From a virus (taxonomy: Duplodnaviria; Caudoviricetes), in IMG/VR virus record IMGVR_UViG_3300032266_000862, positions 1 to 53,579 of that record: a stretch of DNA of 53,579 nucleotides; one strand, written 5' to 3'. The notes below the pieces were generated by a model that saw nothing but the letters and a program-made list of their open reading frames with translations, was not told the DNA's origin and did not search any database. The translations under genes were made by a program, and so were the position numbers. Below, piece after piece: positions 1-8,326 of the stretch. Numbering within the stretch: the first letter of the stretch is position 1; every line of letters begins with the position of its first letter.

Positions 1-1
1 A

Positions 2-883
2 TTAAATTAATCCTTGATCGGGTTTTTCACGATTCCAGTTGTTAGTTCCCTTATTTTTGATTAAATCTAAAATTTGAAGATCTCTAGTTCTAAAAAATAC
101 GGCTTGTGTCGGTTCATTGATATGAATTATTCCAGTTCCGTCATCATCGAATACTCCTGTATATCCATGATTTAATATTTCTTTTGACCATCGAATAGGA
201 TTCTCTTTGGCAATTAATCGACACATCGATAGGAATATCTGAGCAGGATTTTTCTGATGATCGGGTGAAATATTTTTCTTTATAAAACCTTTTAATGTAT
301 CCTCAGGAGGAACTGGTTTTTCTACAAATCTAAGTGTCGGAAAATATCCTTGTGCTAGACGCAATATTTCCGTATAATTTCCTTCGTGTTGGCGTGTTAT
401 AAATCCTATTGCTCTGGCTTCATTTGTTGATATTTTATCAGGAGGTATTTCCGCATAACGAGTCTTGAAAAATTGTTCATTCTCTTCAGGACTATGTTCC
501 CTAGATATATACAAGGTATTTTGTTTGGGGAAATCTGGGAAATCTTTTTCCAAATCTTTAAAATCATATTTAGAGCTATACACAATTTTGCTGGTATCTT
601 TCGGTTTAAATACAAAAATATTAGGATGCTCTTTAGCAAATGGGATATTCCAGTATGACTTGATATCATGCCACATAATTTTTAGTGGATATGAATAAAT
701 TCCTAATGGAGTTCCATAGGTAGATTTTGGGTTTAATCCTAATTTAGGACCACCCAGATCCATAGTAAATGAGATAAAAACATCAGGATCATCTTTATAT
801 TTTTCCAATTGATCTACTACATATTGTTTTGGAGTAGATCTCTTTTCTAAAAATACATTATAAAAATAATCTGAAAATCTCAT
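2..883 (-). CDS. Putative head-packaged protein with ADP-ribosyltransferase-like motifs, paralogue 1 (293 aa)
   Basis: MRFSDYFYNVFLE leader; TPLGIYSYP and GYTGVFDDDG..IIH.NEPTQAVFF motifs resemble ART-fold strands; TAAATA 5 nt upstream; N-terminal ~100 aa near-identical to 976..2316. Confidence 0.5.
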   Translation of the reverse strand: MRFSDYFYNVFLEKRSTPKQYVVDQLEKYKDDPDVFISFTMDLGGPKLGLNPKSTYGTPLGIYSYPLKIMWHDIKSYWNIPFAKEHPNIFVFKPKDTSKIVYSSKYDFKDLEKDFPDFPKQNTLYISREHSPEENEQFFKTRYAEIPPDKISTNEARAIGFITRQHEGNYTEILRLAQGYFPTLRFVEKPVPPEDTLKGFIKKNISPDHQKNPAQIFLSMCRLIAKENPIRWSKEILNHGYTGVFDDDGTGIIHINEPTQAVFFRTRDLQILDLIKNKGTNNWNREKPDQGLI

Positions 884-887
884 AATT

Positions 888-984
888 TTATTTAACCAAA
901 TTCTTAGTCAGGATATAATTGAACATCTCTTCCACAACACCATTATCTGCATACCAATCATTTCCAGAAGATAGATTAGGATTC
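888..984. repeat. 97-bp direct repeat, copy 1 (copy of the 3' end of the 670-aa gene including its TAAATA box)
   Basis: Matches 2321..2417 with one mismatch (tcagGatat vs tcagAatat). Confidence 0.95.
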
Positions 985-2316
985 TGGGCCATTTTTCTTG
1001 AAATGTTCTATTGCTTCCATTATGTAGAGATACACTTCTATATTGATTTTTTCTATCAATTTATAAGCTATAAAAAAACTCACCATGTCTTTTACTTGTT
1101 CAGGTGATTCTGAAGTTCCGGTTTTAGTGACGGAGAACTCAACTGTGTTATCTGGATTTACGACGAATATCGTAGTGAATTTCATATCAGGTTCTTCGAT
1201 AATGCGGGACCTTACTTCTTTTTTTAAATTTTCATGTAATTTTTTAAGACTTTTATCATTGTTTAAGCTATCCTGTATTAATCGGTGGCCGTGATTTAGT
1301 TCAATATTCGCAGTATTAGTCCACCACAAATCAGTAAGGATGTTGTTATTTTTTAACTCATAACGTAAAGTAGCATTTCTATCAGATAAGTCAGTTTTAG
1401 TATTTTCAACAATTTTATTTAATTCTTTTATCCTCCCTTGGCCTTGATCTTCCCAATTATTATTTCCTTTACTTTTGATTAAATCCAAAATTTGAAGATC
1501 TCTAGTTCTGAAAAATACAGCTTGTGTCGGTTCATTAGTATGAATTATTCCTTTGCCATCGTCATCACATACGCCGATATATCCATGTTTTAATATTTCC
1601 TTTGTCCATTTAATTGGATTCGCATCTGCGAAATGATGACACATTGATAGGAATATCTGTGCATAGTTTTTCTGGTGTGTGGTAGAAATATTATCAAATA
1701 TAAATCCGTCCAATGTTTCTGAAAAAGGAACCTCCAGATTAGTTTGAAATTCGAAGTTTTTATATTCATCCAGATATTGATATTCTATTTCGCCTAATAC
1801 GGCGGTATAGTCGATTTTGTTATCTTTATTGGTATGATTATGTATAAACATTTCTATAACATCATTTCCGTTTGGAAATATTTCTTTATATCGACGTTTG
1901 AAGAACTCCTCATTTTCTTTGGGGTAGTGTGCGATATATGCATATCTCTGAGGTTCTCTAGGATATTGTGGAAAATCTTTCTGTAAATCTGCAATATGAT
2001 ATTTGGAACCATATAATACTCTGCTGGTATCTTTCGGTTTAAATACAAAAATATTAGGATGCTCTTTAGCAAATGGAATATTCCAATAAGACTTGATATC
2101 CTTCCACATAATTTTTAATGGATATGAATAAATTCCTAACGGAGTTCTATAGGTAGATTTTGGATTTAATCCTAATTTTGGACCGCCTAGATCCATAGTG
2201 AAAGAAATAAAAACATCAGGATCATCTTTATATTTTTCCAGTTGATCTACCACATATTGTTTGGGTGTAGATCTTTTTTCTAAAAATACATTATAAAAAT
2301 AATCCGCAAATCTCAT
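976..2316 (-). CDS. Putative head-packaged ART-like protein, paralogue 2 (446 aa, extra C-terminal region)
   Basis: MRFADYFYNVFLE leader; same conserved blocks as 2..883; its stop codon lies inside the 97-bp repeat; TAAATA 5 nt upstream. Confidence 0.5.
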   Translation of the reverse strand: MRFADYFYNVFLEKRSTPKQYVVDQLEKYKDDPDVFISFTMDLGGPKLGLNPKSTYRTPLGIYSYPLKIMWKDIKSYWNIPFAKEHPNIFVFKPKDTSRVLYGSKYHIADLQKDFPQYPREPQRYAYIAHYPKENEEFFKRRYKEIFPNGNDVIEMFIHNHTNKDNKIDYTAVLGEIEYQYLDEYKNFEFQTNLEVPFSETLDGFIFDNISTTHQKNYAQIFLSMCHHFADANPIKWTKEILKHGYIGVCDDDGKGIIHTNEPTQAVFFRTRDLQILDLIKSKGNNNWEDQGQGRIKELNKIVENTKTDLSDRNATLRYELKNNNILTDLWWTNTANIELNHGHRLIQDSLNNDKSLKKLHENLKKEVRSRIIEEPDMKFTTIFVVNPDNTVEFSVTKTGTSESPEQVKDMVSFFIAYKLIEKINIEVYLYIMEAIEHFKKNGPES

Positions 2317-2320
2317 ATGA

Positions 2321-2417
2321 TTATTTAACCAAATTCTTAGTCAGAATATAATTGAACATCTCTTCCACAACACCATTATCTGCATACCAATCATTTCCAG
2401 AAGATAGATTAGGATTC
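2321..2417. repeat. 97-bp direct repeat, copy 2 (native 3' end of the 670-aa gene)
   Basis: Encodes NPNLSSGNDWYADNGVVEEMFNYILTKNLVK*; matches 888..984. Confidence 0.95.
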
Positions 2418-4333
2418 AGCATATTACGTTCGTCTTTGTAATTTACAACACTTTCTACAGGATTGCTCTGAGATGTTCTGTCCCATTTGTAAAAGCAGAA
2501 ATTCTCCACACCTTTGGAATAAATTGGTTCTGCTGACAAAGTTCTTAACTGAAAGACATTGGACGATTGTGCCTGAACTGGAAGAAAGTTAAAGAACTGA
2601 CCTCCATTTTCTTTATACATAATAGTATCTCCTGCTGTAATATAATCTGTTAAATTAATAAAATCTCCCAGATTACTTCTCTTATCAAACTTACAAATTT
2701 TACAAATATCAGAACCGACACAACCTTTACAATCTGCAAAGTTAGTATTACATACACATCGGGTTCCGATCAGTTTCTGCAAAGGAATGGTAGTGAAATT
2801 AAAAATTCTCTTCAATTCCTCAGGAAGTTCCAATCCAAAATCATCAATGGTAAAATCAAACTTGGATGCTTTGTTAGCCAATAGATCATAATTACAAACT
2901 TCTACATCACTATGATCATTGGCGAAGTTATGAATCTTATCATATGCTTTTCCTAATGTATCTCCTTCTCCGGCAACTGCTAAAAGATAATTATTAAGAT
3001 TGGTATATTGTTCCAGTTCAAAAGGAAGTGATTGTTTAATGATATCGTAAACATTATAATCTTCACCTTTACGATAAAATTCGTGACGGTTTTCAAATGC
3101 AACGATATCAAAAGGATTGGATACTCCTGTCAGTGTATATATTACATTATTAAATCTAATATTTCCTGTTGCTGATAAGGTAACATTCTTGGGGGATTTT
3201 CTATTTTTGACAAATTCTACATCTGACGGATCATAATTACATTCCAGTAAATCGTGAGTATATGTAATATCTGGCAATGCAGAAGTTGGATAGAACATAT
3301 TTGATATGGTATATCCGCCAGTAGGGAAACAATTATATTCATCGAATAGATTAATGGCAATATCATTGACAGCGGAAGACAACGAATTTGCAAAACTACT
3401 AGCTACTTGAACTGCGGTATTGCTGCTGGTATATACTTGATATTGAAAGTTATCAAACACAAATACAAACCCAGTATTTGCATATTCCGAAGATAATATG
3501 CTAAATTTAAGATACTCCAGTCCAGAACTGAAACAAGAAGAACGTGCATTTATTCCAATAATACTACCCGGAACATAATGCAAAATATTAGAAGCAGTAA
3601 TTTGAGAACTTCCTACACTAATAACATAAGGAATATTATTATCAGACCATTGTATTTTATTTAAAGGATTGATACCATCAGAAGTGATAACAAGCTTATC
3701 AGGAATTACTCCACTAATAGAATGTGCTATGGAGGAATATACGTTGGAATTTAGCGGAATATCTCCTTCGGTTTTTTCTACAGTGAAAAACAGTTTAATA
3801 TTTCCAGGCATGTCATCTAAGAATTGAACCGCAGCAGTAGCAGAATATCCTAATAAATTATTTCCAGAATACACTGGTTCTCCTATAATCTCGATTTCGG
3901 AAACAGGTTTATTATTAAATCGAAATTCCCATTCGGGATTCAGATGACTCCAGAAATTTCTATTTTCCTGATAAGGCAAAGAGTTACTTCCACTGGCATA
4001 TAAGAATATAGTAGACTTTCTAGTGGATGAAGAGAGATTAATATTGAACGTATGATAGGTGGATACCAAAGATGATACTGCATCAGAAGTGACTACGATC
4101 TTATCAGTGAAGAATGGACCATCATAAACTTTAATATTAAATGCTGAAGTTGCTGAACATGCACCTCCATAAACATTATAATTTCCAATATCAGAAAAAT
4201 AGTGTTCTGCATATGGAACATAGTTAATGGAACCATCTCCCCAATTAACAAAAGAATCAGAACCGGATAGAGAATTACTGAAAACGAATTTAGTAATATT
4301 TTTATATCCAGATAGTGGAGAGACAGAAATCAT
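2321..4333 (-). CDS. Virion structural protein, probably baseplate-associated (PKD-like N-terminus, Cys-rich C-terminal part)
   Basis: VNWGDGS..AEHYFSDIGNYNV PKD-like motif; next to gp25/gp6; TAAATA 5 nt upstream. Confidence 0.5.
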   Translation of the reverse strand: MISVSPLSGYKNITKFVFSNSLSGSDSFVNWGDGSINYVPYAEHYFSDIGNYNVYGGACSATSAFNIKVYDGPFFTDKIVVTSDAVSSLVSTYHTFNINLSSSTRKSTIFLYASGSNSLPYQENRNFWSHLNPEWEFRFNNKPVSEIEIIGEPVYSGNNLLGYSATAAVQFLDDMPGNIKLFFTVEKTEGDIPLNSNVYSSIAHSISGVIPDKLVITSDGINPLNKIQWSDNNIPYVISVGSSQITASNILHYVPGSIIGINARSSCFSSGLEYLKFSILSSEYANTGFVFVFDNFQYQVYTSSNTAVQVASSFANSLSSAVNDIAINLFDEYNCFPTGGYTISNMFYPTSALPDITYTHDLLECNYDPSDVEFVKNRKSPKNVTLSATGNIRFNNVIYTLTGVSNPFDIVAFENRHEFYRKGEDYNVYDIIKQSLPFELEQYTNLNNYLLAVAGEGDTLGKAYDKIHNFANDHSDVEVCNYDLLANKASKFDFTIDDFGLELPEELKRIFNFTTIPLQKLIGTRCVCNTNFADCKGCVGSDICKICKFDKRSNLGDFINLTDYITAGDTIMYKENGGQFFNFLPVQAQSSNVFQLRTLSAEPIYSKGVENFCFYKWDRTSQSNPVESVVNYKDERNMLNPNLSSGNDWYADNGVVEEMFNYILTKNLVK

Positions 4334-4349
4334 TTAATTATTTAATCTT

Positions 4350-4433
4350 TCATTTAGCCGAATGTATTTTAGTAGATCCTATTTGACTATTAATTTGTTC
4401 CAGAAAGATGTTAAAAAATTCGGAAAATCGCAT
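4350..4433 (-). pseudogene. 27-aa mini-ORF MRFSEFFNIFLEQINSQIGSTKIHSAK* (leader-only remnant or micropeptide)
   Basis: Translated by hand, below the ORF-track cutoff; same leader as 25635.. and 2..883; TAAATA 6 nt upstream; flanked by 11-bp direct repeat ttaattattta (4334-4344, 4435-4445). Confidence 0.7.
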
Positions 4434-4434
4434 A

Positions 4435-4899
4435 TTAATTATTTACAAAATCAAAAATTCCCTGTTTGTTAAAAGATGCATCCATTCTTACGATATCATT
4501 AAAATTCAGAATCCTTACCAACATATAGATCAGATAGACGTTCTGGTCTTCATTTACAGATACGATAATCTTCTCCACCTTCACTCTAGGTTCGTAGATG
4601 GCAATAGCATATCGAATATCTTCGCCCAACATTTCTGCATTGATTTGCGATGCAGGACTTCCAATATATTGTTTAAGATTTACATTCATATCCACTAAAT
4701 ATCGTTTTTGAGTTAAAATATTCCGAATAGAATTCTTAATTGCTGCAACATCATAATCGATTACTAAATCATTGCCTGCAACAATATCCGAGTTTCTGTT
4801 ATTTCCCGAAACCTTTTTTTCCTGAAATTCCAGATTCAAATCGGAAAATAAGAATTTTCTTCCAGACTTAAAACTGGTAAGATTGGAAATATTTATCAT
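4435..4899 (-). CDS. Baseplate wedge protein, gp25/GPW-like
   Basis: FSDLNL..DYDVAAIKNSIRNILT..I.YAIAIYEPRVKVEKI pattern typical of gp25; TAAGTA 5 nt upstream. Confidence 0.85.
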   Translation of the reverse strand: MINISNLTSFKSGRKFLFSDLNLEFQEKKVSGNNRNSDIVAGNDLVIDYDVAAIKNSIRNILTQKRYLVDMNVNLKQYIGSPASQINAEMLGEDIRYAIAIYEPRVKVEKIIVSVNEDQNVYLIYMLVRILNFNDIVRMDASFNKQGIFDFVNN

Positions 4900-4904
4900 A
4901 ATAA

Positions 4905-4923
4905 TACTTATGGTAAGTAAATA
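4905..4923. promoter_or_regulatory. Divergent pair of late-promoter boxes (TAAGTA on -, TAAATA on +)
   Basis: Each box is 5 nt from its ATG (4899 on -, 4929 on +). Confidence 0.7.
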
Positions 4924-4928
4924 ATATC

Positions 4929-5447
4929 ATGTCTGCTGAAATTGAACAACTTCTAGAAAAATATAATATTGACGATATCTTTGTTCCTTTGATGGAGCAT
5001 TATAATCCTGCATCCATTCGTGGAGGAAGTTTTGTAGTTATCAATAAAGAAGCACTGGCAGATCCTGACATTAGTAAAGATCTGAAAATTAGACGTGGAC
5101 CAGAATTCGTGAAAAATCTGGAAGTTCTGGCAAATTCTGGACAAACCTTATTTGTTTCTGCATTAAAAATTGTTAAACCAAGTTCTGCATATATGGCGGA
5201 AACTGCGCCAAATAATTTTGAAGAAGCAGATATTGTTGTTCAAAAAGTTCCCGGACTTTACAATTCTCCCATGACTGTTCCGACTTCTATTTTGAAAACA
5301 GTAGTAGCGCCTAATGATATTTATGGACATCCAATCCCTGATGAATTCAGTCAAAAAACAAAGATTGAAAAAGGTAGAACATTAGACAACGAATATAATA
5401 AAGGCAAACAACCGAAGGGAACTAGAACAAACGGTGGAAATAATTAA
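4929..5447 (+). CDS. Hypothetical late protein (172 aa)
   Basis: Open ORF with TAAATA-N5-ATG. Confidence 0.7.
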   Translation: MSAEIEQLLEKYNIDDIFVPLMEHYNPASIRGGSFVVINKEALADPDISKDLKIRRGPEFVKNLEVLANSGQTLFVSALKIVKPSSAYMAETAPNNFEEADIVVQKVPGLYNSPMTVPTSILKTVVAPNDIYGHPIPDEFSQKTKIEKGRTLDNEYNKGKQPKGTRTNGGNN

Positions 5448-5475
5448 TATTTGACTTCTGGGAGTTTGCAAAGTA

Positions 5476-5733
5476 TTGCGCCGAAAAATAAGCAATTTGA
5501 CATTATCAATTGAAAAAACCGAAAGGTCAGTTTCTGACCGTCCAGGAATACGTTGTCCAATTTGTTTTTGGGCATTATACGATGGGGACTATTGCCAAGG
5601 ACCGAAGTGGTGCGAAAATCGAGGAAAGTCTGTAGAGAAACCTGTCAAACTGACCAATGCCGAAGCTAAAGAACTAATTAACTACTACTGTTCAACATGT
5701 GGTCGTCATATTCCGTGCCGTCATTGTACGTGA
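5476..5733 (+). CDS. Small Cys-rich putative zinc-binding protein; start uncertain
   Basis: CPIC, CQGPKWC and CSTC..HIPCRHC motifs. Confidence 0.45.
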   Translation: MRRKISNLTLSIEKTERSVSDRPGIRCPICFWALYDGDYCQGPKWCENRGKSVEKPVKLTNAEAKELINYYCSTCGRHIPCRHCT

Positions 5734-5778
5734 GTTGAAGTGTTTACGATTTTATTGATACAAATTTAAATCACTCAT

Positions 5779-5786
5779 TATAAATA
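5779..5786 (+). promoter_or_regulatory. T4-type late promoter TATAAATA
   Basis: Exact T4 late consensus, 5 nt before the gp6 ATG. Confidence 0.8.
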
Positions 5787-5791
5787 CCTGT

Positions 5792-7534
5792 ATGAGCGAT
5801 TTTCCAATTAATAAAGATGCCTATGTTGCATTTGACGGTTTAACGATTAAAGAAAAAATTAAAGATCGTTTAAACCAAACTGGAATTTTTACAGATCAAA
5901 ATTACGAAGGTTCCAACCTTGCAGGATTTAATGATGCAATAGCAATGAGTTTTTCATTGCTGATGTATTATCTAAATCAAAGTTCCGTTAATGGACAATT
6001 TTCCGAAACCAAAGTTTATGAGAATATTAACAGAATTGTCAAGGAACTAAATTACAATCCTATTGGTCATCAGACTGCCAATGTAGGGTTTACTATGTCC
6101 TGTGATAAATTGAATGCAGGAGTCTATACCATTCCTCGTTATTCCTCGATAAGTGTCGGAGGATTGCCCTACAGTGTTGCCAAAGACATTTCCTTCACTA
6201 AACCTAATAATCTAACAAAGGATGTGATTTCGGGGATTGATTCTTCTACTATTTTATATCAAGGAACTTATGCAGAATTCCCTAGATTTAGTCCTGCGGG
6301 GAATGCTAACGAAATTATCTATATAACAGTTGATGATAATGCAATGGTGGATAATTTCCTTATTGATGTTTATGTAAAAACTGACGGAGTATGGGAACAG
6401 TGGTCAAAAACTCAATCTCTTTACATTCATAGTTCTGAAGATAAAGTGTTTGAATTGAGATTTGGAGAAAATAAAAGATATCAGTTAAAATTTGGAGATG
6501 GAATTAATGGAAAGAAACTGGATTCTTTCAATGAAGTATCTATTTATTATCTAATTTCACAAGGTTCCAAAGGCGAAATTGGAGTTGATGCATTAAACAA
6601 TAAAAAGATCGTTCCGTTTACTTCTGCAAATCTTTCCAGCATTTTAACAGAATCTTATATGTCTGCATCACAGATGCTGAATCTATCTTTCACTAATAAA
6701 TTTCCTTCTACCTATTATGCAGAACCTGAATCAATAGATTCTATTCGTAAAAATGCTCCCGGAGTTTTCCGCTCACAATTTAATATTACAACTTCCAAAT
6801 CTTACGAAACTTTTGTTAGAAGCAATTTTTCCAATATTATTCAAGATGTTGTTGTAAAAAATAACAGAGAATATCTGGATTCTTATATCAAATATTTTTA
6901 TAATCTAGGATTAACTAAACCTCAGAACGAAAGTCGGGCATTATTCAACCAAGTTAATTTCTCAGATTCTTGTAATTTCAATAACGTTTATATTTTCACA
7001 GTTCCTAAGACTATTAAGAACTCATTATCATATCTGACTCCTTCCCAAAAACAATTAATTATTGATACGATTAAAGAAGAACAAATTCTAACATCTGAAA
7101 CTGTTCTGGCAGATCCAGTTTATATTGCATTTGATTTATGTGTTCAGACTGGAAATTCTATCACGAAAGATGATATCAAGAACAGTTCATTATATGTGAT
7201 TAAAACGCCTAATAGTCGGAGAAATGAATCCAGTATCAAGAATGATATTCAAAATGCTATAGTTTCATTCTTTAATGTTCAAAATAATAAACTTGGACAA
7301 TCTGTAAATCTTCAACAACTTAATACTACTCTTCTGAATATTGACGGAATTTCCCAGATTTACACCATCAATACTTCTACCAATTCGTTGTTGGAAGGAA
7401 TTAAATTGGCATATTATAATCCAATTTATTTTGATATTACTGCAACCGATTCTCCGAGTATTGTGAATCTGGGAGATTTCCAATTTCCGTTTCTGGAAAA
7501 TCCGAATTTTGTAGACCGAATCATCATTAAATAA
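5792..7534 (+). CDS. Baseplate wedge subunit, gp6-like
   Basis: FTDQNYEGSNL, LNYNP, LKFGDGINGKKL and EPESIDSIRKNAP motifs of T4-like gp6. Confidence 0.9.
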   Translation: MSDFPINKDAYVAFDGLTIKEKIKDRLNQTGIFTDQNYEGSNLAGFNDAIAMSFSLLMYYLNQSSVNGQFSETKVYENINRIVKELNYNPIGHQTANVGFTMSCDKLNAGVYTIPRYSSISVGGLPYSVAKDISFTKPNNLTKDVISGIDSSTILYQGTYAEFPRFSPAGNANEIIYITVDDNAMVDNFLIDVYVKTDGVWEQWSKTQSLYIHSSEDKVFELRFGENKRYQLKFGDGINGKKLDSFNEVSIYYLISQGSKGEIGVDALNNKKIVPFTSANLSSILTESYMSASQMLNLSFTNKFPSTYYAEPESIDSIRKNAPGVFRSQFNITTSKSYETFVRSNFSNIIQDVVVKNNREYLDSYIKYFYNLGLTKPQNESRALFNQVNFSDSCNFNNVYIFTVPKTIKNSLSYLTPSQKQLIIDTIKEEQILTSETVLADPVYIAFDLCVQTGNSITKDDIKNSSLYVIKTPNSRRNESSIKNDIQNAIVSFFNVQNNKLGQSVNLQQLNTTLLNIDGISQIYTINTSTNSLLEGIKLAYYNPIYFDITATDSPSIVNLGDFQFPFLENPNFVDRIIIK

Positions 7535-7538
7535 AAAA

Positions 7539-7826
7539 TTATTTATTTATTAATTTTAAGAGTTCTTCGGCAGCATTTAAATTACCTTCTTTTGCCAGAA
7601 GACTTAATCGGACCATCTCAGACTGAGGTTTTTTAGAATATTTGACCAATCTACCATGATCATTAAGTTCATATCCTATTGAACGCAATGAAAGATTTTG
7701 TGCAGTAAGATACTTCATCACATTAATAGCAGCATCAGTATTTCCGCGAGTAGCTTTCGCAGTTTCTGTATCCAAAAGTTTTTTAAAAGCTAAACGAATG
7801 ATTTTGGCGATTTCTCTATTTTCCAT
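7539..7826 (-). CDS. Hypothetical protein (start taken at MENREIAK)
   Basis: ORF fills the intergenic gap; short internal similarity AKATRGNTDAA / AKEGNLNAA. Confidence 0.55.
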   Translation of the reverse strand: MENREIAKIIRLAFKKLLDTETAKATRGNTDAAINVMKYLTAQNLSLRSIGYELNDHGRLVKYSKKPQSEMVRLSLLAKEGNLNAAEELLKLINK

Positions 7827-7910
7827 GAATGAATGTAGCACATGTAGATGAATCGTCAAGAATTTTCTTTTTTATTGTTGACTTTAAGATTTTTCATAGT
7901 ATGTTGCGAT

Positions 7911-8138
7911 ATGAACTCTTATATAAATACTCCAGAAACTGATGAATTTTATAATGATAGACCAATATCCGACGAAGAAATATTTGCACAAAATTTAGAA
8001 CGTCAGCGAGATTTTTATAAATCAGCAATTGAAAATTGTCTTGCATGGGCAAATGGTCGTCAATACGAATGGGGCGACCGTGCAGTAAATGCGTTTCAGT
8101 TTTTGGAAAATGCCATGAATAAAACTTTTGAACAATAG
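7911..8138 (+). CDS. Hypothetical early-type protein
   Basis: Preceded by TTGACT-N16-TATGTT-N5-ATG (7878-7905). Confidence 0.6.
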   Translation: MNSYINTPETDEFYNDRPISDEEIFAQNLERQRDFYKSAIENCLAWANGRQYEWGDRAVNAFQFLENAMNKTFEQ

Positions 8139-8141
8139 CTT

Positions 8142-8300
8142 ATGCCTAAAATTGAAATATATCATGAAAGAGGAACATTCGAATTTAACACAGTTGAAGA
8201 ACTTCTGAATTTAGAAGATGTCAAATGGAATTCGGATAGACCAGATTTTTATGAATTTGGAATAGGTAAACCATACGATATTGATGTATATGCTTTATAG
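8142..8300 (+). CDS. 52-aa small ORF (MPKIEIYHERGTFEFNTVEELLNL...), possibly truncated
   Basis: Translated by hand; starts 3 nt after the previous stop. Confidence 0.5.
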   Translation: MPKIEIYHERGTFEFNTVEELLNLEDVKWNSDRPDFYEFGIGKPYDIDVYAL

Positions 8301-8326
8301 GATAATTTATTCCTATAAATATAAGA

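Noticed and set aside
2-2316. Paralogue pair as a diversity-generating retroelement TR/VR
   Set aside because: There is no reverse transcriptase in the window, the differences include indels and non-adenine changes, and both copies are full genes.
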